Source of the DNA: a virus
Taxonomy: Duplodnaviria; Heunggongvirae; Uroviricota; Caudoviricetes
DNA length: 9,704 nucleotides
Virus record (IMG/VR): IMGVR_UViG_2541047165_000024
Reading direction: 5' to 3' (one strand)
Each line of letters opens with the position of its first letter. Within the stretch, counting starts at the first letter, position 1. The notes below the pieces were generated by a model. It was not told the origin of the DNA and searched no databases. It worked only from the letters and a program-made list of their open reading frames with translations. The position numbers and the translations under genes are program-made. Of this stretch, positions 5,969 through 9,704 are shown in pieces.

Positions 5969-6685
5969 ATGGAAACCGTATCTGACGCACTGAAAGCACT
6001 GAAAAGAGCCTCTTCACATGTGGTGGCAGCTCGCCTTGGAATTAGTCGTGAAGAGGCTGTCAACGAACTGTGGAAACTGAAACGCCGTGGAGAAGCGGAT
6101 AACAAGGGGGCGATATGGTGGCTGACTCAGGCTGGTGAAAGTGAACCGGTGTCACCGGTACCGAAAGTGACGGCGCAAATGCTGACAGAGGCGATTGAAC
6201 AACATGGCCCACAAACGGCGGATGAACTGGCATTGATGTTCGGAATTACCTCCCGCCGGGCGAATTCATCGCTGGCAATGGCAATCAGCAAAGGGTGTCT
6301 GATTCGCGTGAATCAGGATGGTAAATTTCGTTACTGCATACCGGGCGTTGATTTACCGGCAGAGCCGAAAGCAGCATCCGTAGCTGAAACGGAGGGTAAA
6401 GCCCTTCCTCAGCCAGCTGGTGTTGCGTTACCAGTCCAGGAAACGGCTGCACAGGAAGAAATTAAAACAGAAGCGGTGGAGGACATTGTGAAGTTGCAGC
6501 AATCGTTCACTGAAGCGAAAGCAGATGACCTGATTCTACCATCGCTGCATGTGGCTAACCGCGAGCTGCGCCGGGCGAAAAGTAATGTTCAGAAGTGGGA
6601 GCGAGTCTGTGCTGCGCTACGGGAACTGAACAAACACAGGGATATTCTCCGGGATATTACCGCCACCAGAGAGCAGCAGCGGTGA
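5969..6685 (+). CDS. Hypothetical protein with two winged-helix-like repeats
   Basis: ATG at 5969 with GGAGG 8 nt upstream; the track's TTG at 5951 is unlikely. Two internal segments resemble each other (…[23 protein letters not shown]… and …[31 protein letters not shown]…). No Walker motifs are present. Confidence 0.65.
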   Translation: METVSDALKALKRASSHVVAARLGISREEAVNELWKLKRRGEADNKGAIWWLTQAGESEPVSPVPKVTAQMLTEAIEQHGPQTADELALMFGITSRRANSSLAMAISKGCLIRVNQDGKFRYCIPGVDLPAEPKAASVAETEGKALPQPAGVALPVQETAAQEEIKTEAVEDIVKLQQSFTEAKADDLILPSLHVANRELRRAKSNVQKWERVCAALRELNKHRDILRDITATREQQR

Positions 6686-6999
6686 GTGGCTGGAAGAAGT
6701 GGCGCTGGGCTGAAATCCTGATACTCCGGCAGTGTGCGGGAACGATGAGAGTCGAAAGCATCGGTTATCTGATTGGCCGTAGTGAGTCAGCCGTCAGGAC
6801 GAAAGCGCGGGAACTGGGTATCAGCATGATGTTACGGGGTGATTATCACCAGTCAGCCAAATGTTCACAGCGTGATATTGAGCTGGCGTGGCAACTGCAT
6901 CAGCGTGGTGTACCCCGACGGGAAATTGCCGAAAAGTTTGGGATGAAGTTGGGCGCAGTGAATAACTACGTTTATTTCGACAGGAGGGTTCAGGAGTGA
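6682..6999 (+). CDS. Small hypothetical protein with two HTH-like segments (possible DNA-binding)
   Basis: A GTG start at 6682 overlaps the upstream stop (GTGA), giving about 105 aa. The track's ATG at 6595 lies inside the upstream gene. The start choice is inference. Confidence 0.5.
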   Translation: MSGWKKWRWAEILILRQCAGTMRVESIGYLIGRSESAVRTKARELGISMMLRGDYHQSAKCSQRDIELAWQLHQRGVPRREIAEKFGMKLGAVNNYVYFDRRVQE

Positions 7000-7298
7000 G
7001 GGTGAGGGTTTATATCGCCGGTCCGATGACGGGATATGAAAATTTTAACCGCGAGGCATTTCACAAAACGGAAGAGGTGCTGAAACGGGAAGGGCATACC
7101 GTTTTAAACCCGGCAGTACTTCCGGACGGGCTGACTCAGCCACACTACATGGATATTTGCATGGCAATGCTCCGTTGCGTGGATGCGGTTTACATGCTGA
7201 AAGGCTGGCAGCAGTCGGCAGGTGCAGGGGCTGAGCTGGCACTGGAGGAGAAACCGGGCCATGCGGTGATTTTTCAGGAGGTGGGCAGTGAATATTGA
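6996..7298 (+). CDS. DUF4406-like (nucleoside 2-deoxyribosyltransferase-like fold) protein
   Basis: N-terminal motif VYIAGPMTG…NFNREAF…VLNP, typical of this Rossmann-like family common in prophages. GTG start with GGAGGG upstream. Confidence 0.72.
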   Translation: MRVRVYIAGPMTGYENFNREAFHKTEEVLKREGHTVLNPAVLPDGLTQPHYMDICMAMLRCVDAVYMLKGWQQSAGAGAELALEEKPGHAVIFQEVGSEY

Positions 7299-7605
7299 CC
7301 CGGCGATAACGATTGATATGGCCCTGAACGCCGGCCTGGCACTTCTTGGTTATTTCTACATTATGTTCTGCAGCGGACGATGGCTGTCACTGTTGTTCAT
7401 GAAAAAATGGAATAAACGCCGTAAGCAGGAGCAACGCCAGAAGGCAATGGATGCATTTTTCGAAGCCTTCGGAATTGACGGCATGGAACCAGGGGATCCA
7501 GCTCGCGCAATCAGCAGAGGGGGTGTAGTAATCCTTGTATATCGGAGTGAAGAGAAAAATGACGATCACAAAACAACGTGTAGAAGAAATCATATCCCGC
7601 ATTGA
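7288..7605 (+). CDS. Small predicted membrane protein (single hydrophobic helix followed by a basic stretch)
   Basis: GTG at 7288 with AGGAGG 6 nt upstream. Hydrophobic segment ALNAGLALLGYFYIMFCSGRWLSLLF followed by KKWNKRRKQEQRQK. The 3' end overlaps the next ORF, so the true extent is uncertain. Confidence 0.45.
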   Translation: MNIDPAITIDMALNAGLALLGYFYIMFCSGRWLSLLFMKKWNKRRKQEQRQKAMDAFFEAFGIDGMEPGDPARAISRGGVVILVYRSEEKNDDHKTTCRRNHIPH

Positions 7606-7876
7606 AATGTATGGACATGGTGCAGGGTATATCGCAGACGAGGTTAATGATCTGGCTATACTGGCGCTGAATTTATCAAATATCGCGAACCTGAAGCGAT
7701 ACGAGCTTGATATGGGAGGTTGCGACTCGTGCGGTCAGGATTGTGGCGCTGATATGACTGAAGATCCTGATGGTGATTATGTCCTGTTTGATGACGTGGT
7801 TAAGTTGTTTGAATTTGATACAACCACTCAAAAGTTAGAAATCCCGGCAAAGGAGGCAGCCAGTGGGCAAGATTGA
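7559..7876 (+). CDS. Hypothetical phage protein with an acidic C-terminus
   Basis: ATG at 7559 after GAAGAG; the track's TTG at 7535 is less likely. No recognisable motif. Confidence 0.55.
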   Translation: MTITKQRVEEIISRIEMYGHGAGYIADEVNDLAILALNLSNIANLKRYELDMGGCDSCGQDCGADMTEDPDGDYVLFDDVVKLFEFDTTTQKLEIPAKEAASGQD

Positions 7877-8300
7877 CTATCAGGCACTGCGTGAGGCAGC
7901 ACAAAACTATCAATCGACGCTGGCGTGGTATCAGGCTACCCCGGACAGCCCAAATGCTGAACGGGATTGTGATGCGGCTCTTGCTGCGTTTAAGCGTCAC
8001 ATCCGTCATCGGGAAGCGGATATTATCGCTGATTTGCTGGATGGACTGGAAGAAGCAAAATCACAACTCAACGAGCAGCGTGAGTATTACGAAGGCGTTA
8101 TCTCTGATGGGAGCAAGCGTATTGCTGAACTGGAAGCGCGGGAAGTTCAATTACCGACTCGCTACGACCTTCGATATGGACACCCGATAAATGCAGATGA
8201 GCGACATGTCATGATACCTAAAGAAAATGGCAGTTGGCTTTACCTGATTGACCTAGAACACGCATTACGCGTCGCTGGCATTCGCATCAAAGGAGAGTGA
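7863..8300 (+). CDS. Hypothetical coiled-coil phage protein (Ea22-region-like)
   Basis: GTG at 7863 with AAGGAGG 6 nt upstream. It overlaps the upstream stop and is tightly packed with its neighbours. Confidence 0.65.
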   Translation: MGKIDYQALREAAQNYQSTLAWYQATPDSPNAERDCDAALAAFKRHIRHREADIIADLLDGLEEAKSQLNEQREYYEGVISDGSKRIAELEAREVQLPTRYDLRYGHPINADERHVMIPKENGSWLYLIDLEHALRVAGIRIKGE

Positions 8301-8301
8301 G

Positions 8302-8493
8302 ATGAACGGACAAATATCAATTGTTCGACCAGGAGCATGTGACGATCGCGAAATACGAATGATTATTCGTCTGGCGATGGGGAAAACAATAACTGCTCTC
8401 ATTACTCCAGAAAATCTCGCATTAGCATTAACAGGAAAGTCAGACATGCCAGTAGAGCTAAAGCTGCGAAATGTTGAGATTAAGGTGAAATAG
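8302..8493 (+). CDS. Small hypothetical phage protein (63 aa)
   Basis: ATG at 8302 with AGGAG 6 nt upstream, 1 nt after the previous stop. Confidence 0.6.
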   Translation: MNGQISIVRPGACDDREIRMIIRLAMGKTITALITPENLALALTGKSDMPVELKLRNVEIKVK

Positions 8494-8495
8494 CT

Positions 8496-9083
8496 ATGAC
8501 CACTATTACCAAAGATCGACTGCTGACAATCCAGCATTGGCGCGAAACATACGGACCGGGTAGCAACGTTGTGCTTCCAGCAGAAGAAGCGGAAGAGCTG
8601 GCACGGATTGCGCTGGCATCACTGGCAGCAGTATCGGATGAACGAGCAGCCTATGAATTATTTATGGAGAAGCGTTTCGGAGAATCTGTAGATCGCCGCA
8701 GAGCAAAAAATGGCGATAGAGATTACATGGTATGGGATATGGCGCTTGGCTGGATTATCTGGTGTCACCGCGCCGCCATGCTTCAGGCTGGAAACTTTCG
8801 GGAAAATAAGGGTTCGTCAACCAATAATTTTCGGGAAATCTCGGAAACGTCAACCAACTATCCGGTAACTCCGGATGGTTGGATAAGCTGTAGTGAGCGA
8901 ATGCCGGATGATGGTCAGCACGTAATTATTTTATGTGATGGCGCATTCGTTCTTTATGCGCAATATCGAGACGGTGAGTTTTTTGATGTAGTCCGTAATG
9001 GTGATGAATTTTTCGAAACACAGAGCCGCAATGTAACCGACTGGATGCCGCTACCAGAACCGCCGCAGGAGGTGCGCCAATGA
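8496..9083 (+). CDS. DUF551-domain phage protein
   Basis: The C-terminus carries the characteristic DUF551-type motif (…WISCSERMPDDGQHVIIL…NVTDWMPLPEPP). ATG at 8496 with AAGGTG upstream. Confidence 0.75.
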   Translation: MTTITKDRLLTIQHWRETYGPGSNVVLPAEEAEELARIALASLAAVSDERAAYELFMEKRFGESVDRRRAKNGDRDYMVWDMALGWIIWCHRAAMLQAGNFRENKGSSTNNFREISETSTNYPVTPDGWISCSERMPDDGQHVIILCDGAFVLYAQYRDGEFFDVVRNGDEFFETQSRNVTDWMPLPEPPQEVRQ

Positions 9084-9163
9084 TCTGGCCTGAAGCCTTT
9101 GCAATTACAGGCGTTGCTATAGCTATTGATTTTTTAGTATATGTTATTTGTCGGTGGGGGTAA
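9080..9163 (+). CDS. Putative 27-aa hydrophobic peptide (MIWPEAFAITGVAIAIDFLVYVICRWG)
   Basis: Not in the ORF track because it is under 60 aa. ATG at 9080 overlaps the upstream stop (ATGA) and has AGGAGG 7 nt upstream. Predicted single transmembrane helix. Confidence 0.35.
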   Translation: MIWPEAFAITGVAIAIDFLVYVICRWG

Positions 9164-9198
9164 AAACGTTCGCCGGGATTCACACCAAAGGAGGGAAT

Positions 9199-9303
9199 AT
9201 GTCGGATGATATTTCACTGGCAATGGAAGGTGCGCTGGCTGTTATTGCTGTTGTGGGCGTTTACTGCCTGGTTGTGTTTTTGATGGATCGACTAGGGAAC
9301 TGA
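9199..9303 (+). CDS. Putative 34-aa hydrophobic peptide (MSDDISLAMEGALAVIAVVGVYCLVVFLMDRLGN)
   Basis: ATG at 9199 preceded by AAGGAGGG; stop TGA at 9301-9303. Predicted single transmembrane helix. Too short for the ORF track. Confidence 0.4.
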   Translation: MSDDISLAMEGALAVIAVVGVYCLVVFLMDRLGN

Positions 9304-9311
9304 ATTCATTA

Positions 9312-9333
9312 CGATATGGGAATTCCCATATCG
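9312..9333. repeat. Perfect 22-bp palindrome CGATATGGGAATTCCCATATCG
   Basis: Read directly from the sequence. It lies 9 bp after the stop of the 34-aa peptide ORF and upstream of the hok leader. It is not followed by a T-tract. Function unknown; it may be a protein-binding site or an RNA hairpin. Confidence 0.7.
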
Positions 9334-9434
9334 GGTAAAAACGGTTTGCGGTAAAGCGAGAGTTAAGTAGAATTGCTGCGGGTGCTTGAGGCTGTCTGCC
9401 TCGGGCATGCCACCGTAAGGTAGACAGAGAAAAG

Positions 9435-9505
9435 CCCCAGTTAACATTACGCGTCCTGCAAGACGCCTAACATTAATCTGAGGCCAATTTCATGCTAGAC
9501 ACATG
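9435..9505 (-). ncRNA. sok: Predicted sok-like antisense RNA of the hok locus
   Basis: This is inference. A candidate minus-strand promoter (-35 TTGCCT at plus 9530-9535, 17-bp spacer, weak -10 TAACCT at 9507-9512) would start a transcript near 9500. That transcript would be antisense to the mok SD (GAGG about 9480-9483) and start codon (9492), as in hok/sok loci. The 3' end and terminator were not identified. Confidence 0.3.
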
Positions 9506-9704
9506 TAGGTTAGCCTCTTACGCGCCGAAAGGCAAGGAGAAGCAGGCTATGAAGCAGCAAAAGGCGATGTTAATCGCCCTGATCGTCATCTGTATCACCG
9601 TCATAGTGACGGCACTGGTAACGAGGAAAGACCTCTGCGAGGTACGAATCCGAACCGGCCAGACGGAGGTCGCTGTCTTCACAGCTTACGAACCTGAGGA
9701 GTAA
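9492..9704 (+). CDS. mok: mok-like reading frame (in-frame N-terminal extension overlapping hok)
   Basis: ATG at 9492 with GAGG 8 nt upstream. It reads in frame through hok to the same stop, consistent with the mok/hok arrangement in which mok translation is coupled to hok expression. Confidence 0.65.
   Translation: MLDTCRLASYAPKGKEKQAMKQQKAMLIALIVICITVIVTALVTRKDLCEVRIRTGQTEVAVFTAYEPEE
9549..9704 (+). CDS. hok: Hok/Gef family type I toxin (HokD/RelF-like), 51 aa
   Basis: Translation MKQQKAMLIALIVICITVIVTALVTRKDLCEVRIRTGQTEVAVFTAYEPEE is unmistakably Hok/Gef family. ATG at 9549 with AAGGAGA 8 nt upstream. The stop TAA is the last codon of the window. Confidence 0.92.
   Translation: MKQQKAMLIALIVICITVIVTALVTRKDLCEVRIRTGQTEVAVFTAYEPEE

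Noticed and set aside
4924-6105. Long minus-strand ORFs (4924-5274, 5357-5707, 5391-6017, 5506-6105) opposite the O-like and P-like genes
   Set aside because: They are antisense to well-supported replication genes, have no RBS or recognisable motifs, and are Arg/Ser/Pro-rich as expected for antisense frames of GC-rich coding DNA.
7045-8537. Minus-strand ORFs 7045-7242, 7387-7602, 7800-8009, 8265-8537 and 8926-9183, and plus-strand ORF 7873-8190
   Set aside because: They overlap the co-directional, RBS-supported plus-strand gene series in other frames or antisense, with no independent support.
9395-9430. CTGTCT…AGACAG inverted repeat upstream of hok, considered as a LexA (SOS) box
   Set aside because: The spacing between the CTGT and ACAG arms is far longer than the 8 bp of a LexA box. 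It is more likely part of the structured hok mRNA leader.

Overview
The window reads as the integrase-proximal arm of a lambdoid (Rac-like) prophage, running from the integrase stop codon at base 1 to a hok toxin stop codon at 9704. The left end carries an overlapping xis-int pair on the minus strand, then a DEDDh 3'-5' exonuclease whose N-terminal catalytic motif appears to be missing. Next to that breakpoint sits the most interesting feature: an insulated plus-strand ORF (about 1944-2459) encoding an uncharacterised coiled-coil plus Cys4 zinc-ribbon protein, which I propose as a candidate novel accessory or phage-defence gene. The immunity region follows: a 158-aa HTH repressor flanked by mirror-image promoter/operator cassettes built on TTAGGC-N3-GCCTAA palindromes, with a rightward operon of a Cro-like YdaS-type gene and a YdaT-type toxin-like gene. 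Downstream are an O-like replication initiator containing two clusters of GTCAC iterons, a lambda P-like helicase loader overlapping it by about 209 bp, and a run of small lambdoid accessory genes. The right end holds two tiny hydrophobic peptide ORFs, a 22-bp perfect palindrome and a mok/hok type I toxin locus with a predicted sok antisense promoter. No rRNA, tRNA, CRISPR array or IS element was found. All family assignments come from reading the translations and recalling motifs, not from database searches, and coordinates of non-ORF elements may be off by a base or two.
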